From Eledone cirrhosa (lineage: Eukaryota), in the NCBI GenBank assembly GCA_964016885.1, contig OZ024742.1, forward strand, positions 280,984,001 to 281,048,000: a stretch of DNA of 64,000 nucleotides. The letters run 5' to 3'. Numbering within the stretch: position 1 is the stretch's first letter; each line of letters begins with the position of its first letter. The translations under genes and the position numbers were made by a program. Shown in pieces: positions 25,397-38,329 of the stretch. The notes beneath the pieces were generated by a model. The model was not told the DNA's origin. It did no database searches and worked only from the letters and a program-made list of their open reading frames with translations.

Positions 25397-26392
25397 TAAC
25401 ATCTAAAATATCGTATACAAAACAAAAATTCTATTTGATATGTATACATAAATTTCTTCAAGAAACTTGGCTCATATTGATTATTTAATGTAATCTATAG
25501 CTGCCGTGGTAGTAATAACATGGGAACGTAATTCTTCCTCGAGTTATACGGTTGCCCTAGGGCCATATGGCGGGCATTGTTTATTTAAACCATGGTGTGT
25601 GCATCTCTGTCTGGGACAATGCATGACCAATTTTTGCCCACAATGTGAGGCAGAGACAAAGGGAGATAAACATATCGTGAAAGAAAAGCGCCATAAAAAA
25701 TATTGAAGAAGACACGTATGAGTATTAATGTGATTTGTTTCAGCGATATTAGAAGAAGAATAAATTTAACCTAAAAAAGCATTCCAGTTCAAACCAAAAA
25801 AGTGTTATTCATCCAAGATACTTTCTAATGTGTATCAGATAATGTCATCATTTTCATTTTTTTTTATTTTTTCAGAAAATTAATATTAACTTTCTTGATC
25901 TATTCTTCTATTTAGAGCTTTTACATGTTATAAATATAGAGTATACATCAAGGCGAGAGGCTCTAGAAAAAAGGTCATTGGCCGCAACCTCGACTTATGT
26001 CACTGATGTACAAATACATCGTAATAGACATACTTCAAAAGGGAAACAGCTTTTTTAAATTAAGAGCAAGTCAATGAAACTGAGCTCGGTATTTAATTAG
26101 CTATTTATTTATTGACCACGGTATTAGACAACGACGTGATTTAATGTCAGAACATCCAGAGACTTAACTAAATATTCTGAAATATTTTGCTCAACGCTCT
26201 AAAGATTTTGATATACATATTAATTGTATACATATATGAACTGACCTATTCACTCCTTACATACCAAATATCTAATAGCCTAGGCATAATATATAAATTA
26301 TCTGTGATATAATGAAGAAATTACTGTATGAATATTAAATAACAGTCTAATTATATTCATATTTTGAAGACGTATAACATCGCTAGAAGTTA

Positions 26393-26471
26393 GCCGTGAT
26401 CGTCAAGAAGTTTGGATGACACCCGCCTTGTTGTGACTATGGTAACCCAAGTTGAAAACATTGTTACGAAA
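26393..26471 (+). pseudogene. tRNA-His pseudogene (degenerate)
   Basis: GTTAGCCGTGATCGTC...GTTGTGACTATGGTAACCCAAGTTG. Confidence 0.7.
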
Positions 26472-27003
26472 TGTATGCAATATTTTATATTGTCATAATT
26501 CATGCCAATATTTGGTAACATTTTTTTCTTATGACGGAAATAGTGCAGGCGCAGCACATCTTGAGTTGAGTGACGCGGGGAAATTTGCTTGTATCGAATG
26601 AATATTCAATGTACAGTTGTATGTAGATGTTGTGGTAGCAATAACATGAGAACTTAAATCCTTATCGCATCCTGTGGTTGCCGTCGTTCTCTAAGATATT
26701 CTTTGGGTATTTTTAAATAGGTGGAGCACATCTCTCTCTCAGAGTCTGAACACGACTGCTTGCTACCACAAAGCAGGAGATATATAGATAGATACACGGA
26801 TAGAGATAGAATGAGAGGAAGAGGAGTGAGACAGGGGGAGATTTGGGGGGAGGGGGTCATCTGAAAAATGGATATCGAACAAAATCTGTATTACTTGTGT
26901 GTTTTAATGACCCGAGTAGTATGTAAATATTATCCCAGTCACATATTTCAGTTAAACTAAATCATGCAACAGATCATGTCAATTCTATATTATTTATTAA
27001 TGA

Positions 27004-27288
27004 GGGCAGTGGATCGGCAGTATCAGTAGAGGGTCGGAAGCGATGCTTTGCAGCATAGAGTTACACCCATCTACGGTCTGAGTTCAAATCCGACCGAGGT
27101 TAACTTTGCTTTTCATCCTTACTGGGTCGATAAAATAAAGCACCACTAATTACACCCATCTACGGTCTGAGTTCAAATCCCACCGAGGTTAACTTTGCCT
27201 TTCATCCTTACAGGGTCGATAAAATAAAGCACCAGTAATGCACTGGGATAATTGCTGGTCTTGTGCCAAAAGTAGAAACAATTATTTA
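27004..27288 (+). mobile_element. SINE family A with internal ~89-bp tandem duplication
   Basis: TTACACCCATCTACGGTCTGAGTTCAAATCC...AAAGCACCA occurs twice (27061 and 27150). Confidence 0.85.
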
Positions 27289-27466
27289 TTAATTTATTCA
27301 GAGAAGCAACAGTAACTTCATTTTTATAACTTTGACATCATTAGATATGCAGCCTTATCAAATAATAGAGACCCAAGAATATGACATTAGTGGTACCCTC
27401 AATTTATGTTAGTGAATCAAACATATTTTACAGTTTAAGTATATTAAAAGGCACTCAGCACCTTTT

Positions 27467-27660
27467 CAGACCTGCAAATCTCTAAAATCCCAAACGGGAA
27501 GCACCATGAAAAAAGTGCCTCCAAACAGGGAGAAATGATATATAATGGGGAGGTTTTACATAATGAAATCTATACCTATTTTCACAAGAGAAGGCATATC
27601 TCAGCCACCCGAAGGTGGGTGAGAGATCTCCCCGTTGGGCGGGGAGATTTGACAGGTCTG
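27467..27660. mobile_element. MITE (hAT- or P-like termini)
   Basis: TIRs CAGACCTGCAAATCTC / GAGATTTGACAGGTCTG. Interrupts the unit motif CAGCACTTTT|GAATGAG; imperfect 7-8 bp TSD. Confidence 0.7.
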
Positions 27661-28015
27661 CTCTTTGAATGAGTAGTAAGTTGATTACATCAACCTTGGT
27701 ACATGATTGGCAATTTAATTATTAACTCTGGAATGATAAAATTCAAATTTCACCACGGCGATCATTGAAGTGAGACCAGCCAGAGATTTAACTAAATTTG
27801 CAAAATATGTTACACATCGCTCTGATGATTACATGAAAGTTAAATTTATTGATATCTGAATTGCCTTATTTACTCTTGATCCACCAAATGTCAAAAGGCT
27901 TAATCATAACGTATGGAATAACGGCGATTTTTTGAAGAAATCTCTATATGCATATCAACTAACATTTTAACGATATAGATCTTACTTTCAAATCGGCTGA
28001 TGATATGAGATATTA

Positions 28016-28094
28016 TCTGTGATCGTCTAGTGGTTAGCAATTCTCTCCCCACGCTGTGGCGTTGGCAACCCAGGTTCGAATCCTGGGCGCTGCA
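28016..28094 (+). pseudogene. tRNA-His pseudogene with an insertion
   Basis: GTGATCGTCTAGTGGTTAG...CCCAGGTTCGAATCCTGG. Confidence 0.8.
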
Positions 28095-28642
28095 ACTCCT
28101 TTTTTGTTTTGACCATTTATTTTGATAATCCCTGATAATGTTTGTAATAAATTATCTCATGATAACGATTGTGCTTTTAAATTCGACAGTAAATCTAAGG
28201 TTGAAATATGATCTGAATATGCAATATAAATGTGTTTACAGTAATAGTAGTTATGGCATCTGAAAATAACTGCTTGTTATACGGTACCGTAGTTCCATAT
28301 GGCTTATCTTCGTTTTTATTTAACCAGGCAGAATTGTAACACCATCCCCATCCGCCAGCAGGTTCTGTACACGGCTGTTTTTTTTTACCTCAATGAATGT
28401 GTGGGAGAAGGGGTATGAGAAATAGATTGAGAGCAATAGTTTGAGATAGGCTTTGTGGGTGAGTGAGAGAAAAATAGCGATGGCAGAAAATATATATCAA
28501 AGAAAACTTAAGGAGACACGTTTCAGTGGGACTATATATATAACAAAGTTGACCCAGTCAAACATATCAGTCCAGACTAAAACAATTTTATCCATCCGCT
28601 ATACTTTATAAAATGTATGAGACAATATGAACAATATATATT

Positions 28643-28927
28643 TTCATAGAATAATATGAAAAACTGAACGCTGTTAAAACAGCAAAATGCCGTCAATGCC
28701 AGTATCGGGTAAAGATTACCTAAAAGGATGGAAATCAGTGACTAGAAGTGTGTTGGCCCGCACAAGTGTTAGGAGGGGAGAAAGACTTGAAGAAAATGAA
28801 CGGGCCAACACACTTCTAGCCACTGATTCCTGTCGTTTGAGTTAACTTTTACCCGACGCTGTCATTGATAGCGTTTTGCTGTTTTAACAGTTATTCTTGC
28901 GTTGAATTTTTCTCAATATACTATGAA
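28643..28927. mobile_element. Foldback/MITE-like element with ~120-bp imperfect inverted arms
   Basis: CTGTTAAAACAGCAAAA...CTAGAAGTGTGTTGGCCCG (to 28759) is mirrored by CGGGCCAACACACTTCTAG...TTTTGCTGTTTTAACAG (from 28801). No clear TSD. Confidence 0.75.
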
Positions 28928-29321
28928 TTCTAATACACTCGTGCTCCATCACGACGTTCGAGGCAATATTGTTAACGTATTTTTATTTTTATTTATTGAG
29001 AAACGGATCTGTCATATCGTTTGTCTACTCGTCTATTTATAACTTTGTCTTGCCACAAACTATAACAGTGCGAGAGGACCTGGAAGAAAGATCTGCGTTT
29101 AACTATATCCCGCAAAGCATTTTACCCGACGCTCTGTTTGGCTATACAAGTTAAATGCATTCATTGTTAACCTGCTTTATTCACACGTAACTTACAAAAT
29201 CTCATAGAAGTAAGTCATAATATATAGAAGAACTGTGATTCAATGAAGAGATGAATATATACATATCAGTCACTCTCTTTGCAATATTGATGATATTCGT
29301 TATGCTGGCGTTGCTAGTTTC

Positions 29322-29358
29322 GGCCGTGGTATTCCAGGTTCTAATCCTGGTCACGCCA
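29322..29358 (+). pseudogene. tRNA-His 3'-half relic
   Basis: GGCCGTGGTATTCCAGGTTCTAATCCTGGTCACGCCA. Confidence 0.7.
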
Positions 29359-30831
29359 TCAGCTTAGCCATTTCTTTTCAAACCACTTTCTCACGTCCAC
29401 AATTGTCTTTAAATTCAGCTACGATACATGAACTGTGAAATTGACTGGTACTTAATATTTACGGAATATTAATTTTGAGTTATTGTTTTTATAGCATTTG
29501 TTACTCTAGTAATTGATGTTGATTGTTTGTTGGTTGGCCAGGATATTATAAATAATGTTGATGTGAAAATTGTGATGGTGTTTGTGTATCTGTTGCTGAT
29601 GAAAATAGTAATGTTGGAAGTGCTGCTTGTGTCGTTGGTGGTCGTGATGCTGACATTTGTTCATAATATAGTTTTATTATGTACAAAGTTTATTCTACAT
29701 ATTTCTGAATGCATTATTTATGTTTTTATGTATTATGTTTTAAAGAATCTGGCGCGCAAGTATTGTTATTTAACCTGTTGTTTATATTCATCAAAAGTCA
29801 AGAATATGTTTCCTTTATTTATAAAAATATCTTATTGTATTCGAATAAGATTCTGATGACTTGAATTTTAAAATATCAGGTTTTAATGGAACCTTAATAA
29901 TGGCAATTTACATCATTTCAGACATATCTACTGTTCTTAATATTAAATTGAAACTGTTTAAATTTTTATGAAATAAAATAAAATGAACTCTTAATGCTTT
30001 ATTTTAATTTTTATTGCAAAATGAAAATATACTTTCATAAGTTGGCTGACATTCAAATCATGTGAGCGGAAATATTTCAATACTGCATATGTATATACTC
30101 CTATATTGATATATATATATGCAGTATGTTTATTTAGATTTCATAATAATTTCATAAAGGCAATGAATAAGTTGAGATCTCATGGGATTTTTACGGACAC
30201 CATTATTATTTAATCATATTTATTTACTTTAATTTTTAGTTTTTCTGCCTACTCTTTATTTTATTATACATTCTAAAACCAGAAATAAAACCTATAATTG
30301 TCTTCATCACCATAGTTGTAATTCTAATAAAATAAATATTTCTCTGTTCTTTCCAGTAAGTATGTTAGCACATATCTAACAATTTTGTTTTCATGCTGAA
30401 GACGCCAGTATAGTGTGTAAATAATAAGTAATACTAAATGATTTAGCCTCTATTCAGACTAGATTGGTTCCTGCCTCTTATCAAATCAAGTCAACCCAGT
30501 TACAATAGTTCTAATGAAAGGCTCTGTCTGCGACTTTCAAATAATATAATCTATAATTCGGATGGATTTAGTAGCAAGATTAACATTGTCATTGTTTAGT
30601 TGGTGTCTGTAAAATAACTTAACAAAGGTTCTTACATAAAATTCTCATAACGGGCTTAAGATTACAAAAGTGAAGTATAAAATAGACACTATTTGACATT
30701 GACCTACATTCTTAAACAGTATATGATTAGAATAACTAGTTCACGGTAAATGTTCAATATTTCTTTCATTATTTAGCCTGTGTGGGCAGTGTTTAAGTAA
30801 GAACTTTTCAGGGCACCCAAGGCGTATATAA

Positions 30832-31115
30832 CTCCCAAGTTGCCAGTTACTAGAATCAAAGTGGTCTCTGAAGATGCTAGTTGCTATTAAAAGATTAGAC
30901 TTCCACGTTGCCATTTGATAACAACAGGTTGATCCACCAAGTTACCAAGTACTTGTAATATAAAGGATTTTTATGTAGCCAGTTGCTTGCAAGAGACGGA
31001 ACTTCCACGTTGCCAGTTGATGCCAACAAAGGGGATTGCCAAGTTACCAGTTGCTTGGAACAGAGAGGATTCCTAAATTGTCAGTTGCTTTCCAAAGAAC
31101 GGGTTGCCGAGATGT
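30832..31115. repeat. Diverged ~34-bp minisatellite (about 8-9 units)
   Basis: The core CCAAGTTGCCAGTTGC recurs at roughly constant spacing. Confidence 0.7.
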
Positions 31116-32067
31116 AGTGTGGTGGTGTTAAACCATATGGCGTATTGCGTCTACTCACAATTACCTAAAAATATATCACTGATATGTACTGTAACGTCTT
31201 CATTTTTTCCTTGTGTGTTAAGGTGAATTTAATTATTTCTGAATTTAACTTCCAAATGATATGAGTTAATGAACGCTAACATCTTATGTTGTGAATTGGT
31301 TTTCTATAATAGTGTTTAATTATAATTATACATAGTATACCCTAGTGTACAGGGTATAATATATATAATTATTAATTACTACATTATTTTAGGCAACTAA
31401 TCGCATTTGTAAACTTCAATTTCTTGAGCAAAAATTAATTCATTTTGTGTACTGGCTACAGAACGTTTGTGCCTGCAGAGAGTCGAGCTTTCCAAACGTT
31501 TCACCTCAGTGACACACTTTTCGAAAATAAAATTCTTAGTGACATATTAATTAGCGAAATATATAAACAATTAAATATCATATAACATATCACCAGTCAT
31601 GTGTTGAATTTAGCACGGTGTTATCAGATGTCGAATACATTTCACAGCTAAATCAAATATTCACACACAAAAAACAAACTGATTAAATTCTTCATAATTT
31701 CATGACACACCTAGAGATTATCTTTAAATTATTGTAAACCTACATTAGAGGGAATTGTGGAGATAAAAAATGTATTTCGGTGACTTAATGTCACTATGTT
31801 CTATTATTCTGATATTTCATTTCGTTATATATGTACATATTGATCAATTTTTCTCAAGGTGGATGGTAGGTCTTCAGAATAGCGCGTTTATTATATGATA
31901 TATAATATATTATATACTTTGTCTGATTGCATTAAGGCTCACGTGCTTTTGGGGAAATCGAAGTGGGATGTGAGACAGCATGTTGAGGAACATCAATCAA
32001 GGTATATTTCCTGCACCATCCCCGGTGAACCTACAAACATTGAATGACCATTGTCCTTCCATATATG

Positions 32068-32255
32068 ATAATTGTTTTTACTTTAAGCACAAGGCCAGCA
32101 AATACCCCCAGGACATTACTGTTGCTTTATTTTATCGACTCCGTAAGGATGAAAGGCAAAGCTAACCTCGGTGGGATTTGAAATCAGAACGTAAAGGGCC
32201 ATAACTTGATGCTGCAAACCATGGTATCTGACGCTCTGCCGATATTGCGAACCCA
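32068..32255 (-). mobile_element. SINE family A
   Basis: Reverse complement of the family A body and tail. Confidence 0.8.
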
Positions 32256-32502
32256 TTATAATGACATAAAAAAGCCGACAAAACTGTAGAGAAAATACAC
32301 AGCTGTTCGAGTACCGTAAGTGATACAAGCTAATGTCATTCGCTTCTGCCCTATACATTGTGAAATTTCTAATCAGGACATAGATGTATACAGAGATTAA
32401 TTATGCTTAAATAAAGAACGTACAATATAGTTACGTCATATCAAATTACGGAGTTGCTTTATATTGTGTTATTTCAACGTCATTAGCAAGAGCTGGATGG
32501 TT

Positions 32503-32574
32503 GCCGTGATCGTCTAGTGGTTAGGATCCCACGTTGTGGCCGTGGTAACCCAGGTTCGAATCCTGGTCACGGCA
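32503..32574 (+). tRNA. trnH-GTG: tRNA-His(GTG), near-intact (C25>T gives G-U in the D stem)
   Basis: One difference from the 8874 gene; T-runs downstream; flanks strongly diverged from the standard unit. Confidence 0.92.
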
Positions 32575-33518
32575 TCGGCTCCTTTTGTGTTTTTTTTTTA
32601 CATCGGTGTGTTTGTGTCGCGGGGAATTAGGCATAATGCATCTAAAATTAAACTAGGAACACAATATTGACAGGTATGTTTATAACTATATAATGTTAAT
32701 GTGTTTATCTATATTGTCAACTACAGATAAACTATTGGTGAAAAGTGTCACGATTGTATTTCAGCTCAGTAGTGATAGGAAACTAAAGATTATTATACAT
32801 CACTCTACAGTATTAGCCACGTGAACTAGACTTTTATTAATCTGTAGAGTGAAGATGTATGCAGAAATAGGTTTACATTGTGATATTAAATCCCTATCAG
32901 AATATATGTGTATTACTTACAAGCTATATATACAAGGTGAGATGGAATTACATTGTGATATTATGTATGAAATAACACATAAAATGTTATAGATACACTA
33001 ACAGCTCTACCAATACGCCCCTGTTATAACCGAAACAGCGAGGTAACCGAGTTTTGAAAATATTCGACGAAAGGCATTTACACTTAATTATATATATAAT
33101 ATAATAATTTCTAATATTGAAAAGATAGTGATCGGAATATGTATCGACATTATATATTGTTTACATTATCAGATACATGTTGGAAAATACGGCGGATGAA
33201 TAAGATTTATTCAGTGTGACTGAAATGTTTCAGCGGATCAACCTTATCATACGTATCGTATCGTATCGTTTAAACACATCTCAGTAAAACTAATGTGGTT
33301 TTTCTTCGATATCTATTGTCTGAGGTATTTTTGTTTTCTCCCATTCTTATTCATTCACTCACACAGCCCCTTTCTTTATGTAACCCTTCCAATGTATTTC
33401 TTATTGCCTCTCACATTGAGCCAGAATCCCTGTATTTAAACCATATTTTTTGTCATAAGTCTTGTTTACAAAATGTATCATGCACTATGAAAATATATGT
33501 CCAAGACAAAAATACAGA

Positions 33519-33590
33519 TGCCGTGACCAGGATTCGAACCTGGGTTACCACGGCCACAACGTGGGGTCCTAACCACTAGACGATCACGGC
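33519..33590 (-). tRNA. trnH-GTG: tRNA-His(GTG), intact
   Basis: Identical to 8874..8945; A5 run at 33508-33512 (T5 terminator on the minus strand). Confidence 0.97.
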
Positions 33591-35222
33591 TATATACTGG
33601 TTCCGTCAGGCGCCTTCAAAATAACATTCATAGCTAAAATGTTATTTGATATGTATACAGTGATTTCTTCAACATATCACCTTTTAAACATTATGACTAG
33701 GTTTTTTGACATTTGGTTGTGAATGAGCCAATTCAGATGGGAATTCATTTTACTTGTATGTCGAAATCGATAGAGAGATTTGCCACATGTTTTTATATAT
33801 TAGTTAACTCTCTGCATGTTCTCACTTCAAATCCCGACCTGGTCAAATTTGAACTTCATCATGCCAGAGTTAATAAATAAATTGCCAATAATGTCCTGAG
33901 GTTGATGTAATCAACTTACTCCTCATTCATAAATTGCTGTCTGACTTATGATATACTTCGAACGTGAAATATTTTTACCTTGCTAACAGAAATAGAGGAC
34001 ACTACAAACCTCCGTTTAATTGGGCCTCTCAGATTTGAGTAGGTTGAAGAAATTACTAATCAAATACGAAACTAAGTCACCAGATCAATTAGAAATGAAG
34101 TGAAACCTCCATCACACTACACCTATTTAGATTGAAAAATTAAAATTCTGTTTTTGATCTGAAAATATGTGGAGGGTCACAGCTGGGCTGTCTCTGATTA
34201 CATTTCTGTTCAATATATGATAAACAAAAACAATACAAAAGACTAATAGAAATCAGTATGGACGAATATTATGAGATATAATATCTTACCTCACATTTCT
34301 AACTTCAAATTCAATTTAGATCTATTTCACATGCAATCCCTATGTTTAGGATTACTCACTAACGATGGCCCAAATATATTTTCATCGCTTCTATTCGTGA
34401 ATATTTCAAACAATCTATTTAGTGTGTATGGATATATGTATGTATGTTGTTAACAAAATAGATATGCCTAATGTTAACTACCAGTAAATATAACATTCTA
34501 TATGCCTAAATGAATTGTTCTCAAGGTGGATAGTGGGTCTTCCGAATAGCACGTATATACTATGATATACACCATATTATATACACACTTTTTTCCGATT
34601 AAGTTAGAGTGAACGTACTTATGAGAAAGTAGAAGTGGTATATTGGACAAAATGTTGAGAAACACCTACATATCCTACACCGGTTCTGGAGGACCTACAA
34701 AAATGGTATGAACATTGCCCTTCCAGATGGTGGAAGAGACACACAGCTGTTAAAATACTGTAAATAATACACGTTAATGTAATTCCTCACTGCTCTATTA
34801 ATTGTCAAAACATTAACCAGGATTTCTAAGTTCAAATTCTATTGTGATCTACTTGCCATACAATCAGTATGATGCTAATAAAATAAATATTAATATTAAA
34901 TACCAGTCAATTTAACTCTCTACAATATATTTCACTTCAGCAGAAAGACCCCTTATTTAAACCATATTTTACGTACTTTTTATTCCTCAGTTACATGATG
35001 TTTTGAAAATACCCCACTGATATCATGTTTCAAAAAAATATATTTTGTCTACGAGATATCCTAAGAAAACGAATATATAGAATAATTTAGTATTAGATGA
35101 ACGAAACAGAAAATTAAATGATATCAGTCAGAATGCAATTGCTCTCATATCTGTTCAACACAGGAAACAATATATGAAAGTTCATTTAAGTATATTTAAA
35201 CTACTTTTCAAAAATATTTTAC

Positions 35223-35251
35223 TGCCATGACCAGGATTCGAATCTGGATTA
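35223..35251 (-). pseudogene. tRNA-His 3' fragment
   Basis: TGCCATGACCAGGATTCGAATCTGGATTA on the + strand. Confidence 0.65.
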
Positions 35252-36401
35252 TTTGGCCTAACTGATTACGTTTTATTATGTTTTTTAAAAACAACTATTT
35301 ATTTAAGGTGTAATTGATATATATTTAACAAAATCACAATGACGTTCATATTTTCATATAATTACGATATGTGTTAGATTTTATCTTTTTATGTGTGTGT
35401 GTGAGAGAGAGAAAGAGAGAGAGAGGGGTTGTGTGTTGTTGCTTTTATGGTTGTTGTTTCTATGCTTGGCCGTAGGTCAGATCTTATTCAACTCAACTAC
35501 GATCAGTATACAGTAATGACCATCTCGTTTTGTTAAGTATCCCTGTCTAAGACAATATCATTTATACCACATTTTGACTCACATTAAGTTGTGGCATTAG
35601 ATTACTGTAAATGTTAAATATGCATTCTGGTTTAAAAACATACATGACTGTAACACCTTCCCATTTATTATTTCCTATGTGTGAGGTAAAATATAATAAT
35701 CTATGATGTCATCTAGTGTGTATTGTTACTTCAGACTCAGCATGTGTGTAATTATGAATACAACGAACAGTACAATAAATGGAGTTATGCTGTCTCGAGG
35801 TTAGCGTATTCGGCTTCGGTTCTGAAGATATTGAATTCGGTTTATTGTGTCCTTGTTTAAAGACTTTATTTCACAGTTAGCATAAATGAGTCACTCATGA
35901 AATTCAAAGCCTTGTCAAATTCCGGAGCAGGCTGTTCCGTTTTTTGAACAACTGGAACAATCTTCGTAGAAACATAGGGAGGTCCAACTCACAAATAATT
36001 AGCAGTAAAAATAAATTGCTGCATCACAATATAGTGTTTATCTATCTCCTAAAGGCAGAGACGTCAATCTACGCATGGTTCAACAGGTTCATAGACAACT
36101 GCACCTGGTATTATTGAAACTGTTTCAAAGAAGCATCTTTACATGATCTTACTACATATTGTTCTCAAAGCGCTCCTTCGGTGGCTTGACACGAATGCGG
36201 ATTACAATAAGTTAAACGCGACTAAACGATGCATGTATTTAGCTGCAATTTCTTAACATGCCTGTGAGCAAGGTTTTGACAATATAATTGATATTAAGTT
36301 ATTAAATACCGACTTCTATCTGAGAAAGACAGAAAACAATATTGCTTCCACCCGTTTGGTTCAAAAACGATTTAAACCACTCCCGATTTTATCATATATA
36401 T

Positions 36402-36530
36402 CAGTTTTATACAATTGCTGTATAAAACAGTTTTATACAGTTTTATACAGTTTTAGACAGTTTTATAACAGTTTTATACAGCTTCATAACAGTTTTATAC
36501 AGTTTTATACAGTTTTATAACAGTTTTATA
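36402..36530. repeat. (CAGTTTTATA)n 10-11 bp tandem repeat
   Basis: About 11 directly visible units. Confidence 0.9.
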
Positions 36531-37052
36531 GAGTTGCTATTTATCTAGAAACCTTTCTTCATAATTTCATGTTACCTTAAGCTCCAACCACCAGATAAAT
36601 AATGTCAGAGCTATATTATTAATTTTCACCATTTGAAATATGTTAAGGGAAGGCTTACGTTGCTCGTCATGTAGTGTGTGCTAACTTTGTATTGTCGATT
36701 AATAAAATTTAGTATTTGTTTTTTTAGCTGTGTAATATTTCTGGCAAATCAGATCGTCCCTTAAACAAAGAATCTCACTGACCCCGCTTAAGCACAGAGC
36801 TTCATACACCCATGGATATTCTTTCAGATATTTCACATCTCTACAATTCTCAGATCATAGAACAAAAGACAAACACCACGTCCACCGGATTATTGAGACG
36901 AAAATTTGAATAACCTTTACATTACACAAGGATTTATCTACTTTTACAAAGAATAATATTTTCTCAGATAAAGTCTGCTTCAGAAAGTTACACAGAGAAG
37001 ACAGTATTAAAGATAACATGGTTCTACATTTACACATATTCATACATACATG

Positions 37053-37084
<32 letters not shown>

Positions 37085-37214
37085 CATTCATACATATATA
37101 CATACATACGAACATGTTTGTATGTGTATGTGTGTATACACATATATATGCATCTATATCCATATATGAATATATATATTTATATATTTATATATACATA
37201 TATATATATAAATA

Positions 37215-37258
<44 letters not shown>

Positions 37259-37328
37259 TAGCGTCTAGAGTGTCACTGAAGCGACTGGTTTCAGCAATTG
37301 CGGGAACTTAATTGATTGATTGCTGCAT

Positions 37329-37359
<31 letters not shown>

Positions 37360-37583
37360 CGTGTGCGTGTGCGTGCGTGTGTGTGTGTATGTGTGTAGAT
37401 GGGTGGGGTGTGGGTGTGGGTGTCTGCGGGTGTGGGTGTTTATAATACATATTTTTATATGCACACACTCGCAAATACAAACAGGCGCTTCAGGTTTATT
37501 TAAGTATTGTTACCATCCAAATAATATTATCGACGTGTATACATACATGCATATGTACATACATACATACATACATACATACA

Positions 37584-37619
<36 letters not shown>

Positions 37620-38079
37620 TATGCAATTACCTCTACCTATATATCGCACAATTGCGTCATGTATATATATATATATATATATATATGGCAGGAAGGGAGG
37701 AGGAATGTATGCATGCATGTATGGATGATTGTTTAATATATGTGTGGGGGAGGGGTGTCTGTCTTTGTGATTGTGCTATGAGTGCTATTAGTAGAGAGCT
37801 TACCTAACTAACCTGACGTAAGATAACGTTTTCTTCCTAAGCTATCATAAAGAGTTAGCAGATTTGTCTGTTAAGCTTCTACCACAAACATAACTTTAAC
37901 CTTTAATTCTTAACTAAGATCAGGATTAACTCGAACTGTTAACCTTTATTCTGTCTCAACGTCACCATCATCATACTGTCGCCTACCTCTGCCGTCTTCT
38001 CAGATGTTTTAGCTTGCATCTATTACTACTTCATAGTGTGTAATGTTTGTGTTTTTATTGTATTGGATCACCGTCAGTT

Positions 38080-38310
38080 GCGATGAGAAGTGTTCAAGTT
38101 GTTTAATCAACACAACAACCGGCTCCAGGAGTTATCATATAAGTATCTAAGCATTCCACAGATACATTTACCCTCAACTTAATCCTCAGGTTGATTTAGT
38201 GTGATCGTATGTCACCAGGAACCTGCTGAATTACATCTATGACATGTTTTTGTCAGCTTAATGGCCTGGAGCAAAAAGAAATAAAATGTCTTGCTCAAGG
38301 AAGCAACTCT
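38080..38310 (-). mobile_element. SINE family B, old copy
   Basis: GGAGCAA..GAAATAAA.TGTCTTGCTCAAGGA is shared with the 45803 and 50539 copies. Confidence 0.6.
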
Positions 38311-38329
38311 AGCACGTCAGCTGCAATGC

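Larger units (their letters stand above)
6600..35300. repeat. Tandem/inverted array of ~1.2-1.6 kb tRNA-His-bearing units
   Basis: Flanks recur around most tRNA copies: upstream AATGTATGCATATC..ATAACATTTTAGCTATATAGATGATATTTTGAAG..GATGTTA; downstream TCTG..T-run, a (GA)n tract and CGTATTAGTATTACTG. Confidence 0.9.

Noticed and set aside
29527-29856. 109-aa hydrophobic ORF
   Set aside because: It derives from degenerate (TTG/GTG) low-complexity sequence and has a non-ATG start.
30832-31115. CRISPR-like repeat/spacer pattern
   Set aside because: The repeats are degenerate, the spacers are related to each other, the context is eukaryotic and no cas genes are present.
31318-31378. Short AT-rich hairpin
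   Set aside because: Low complexity, imperfect and single-copy; compatible with chance.
6694-35251. tRNA-His copies as heads of a SINE
   Set aside because: Homology extends hundreds of bp upstream of each tRNA and there are no tails or TSDs, which indicates DNA-level duplication.
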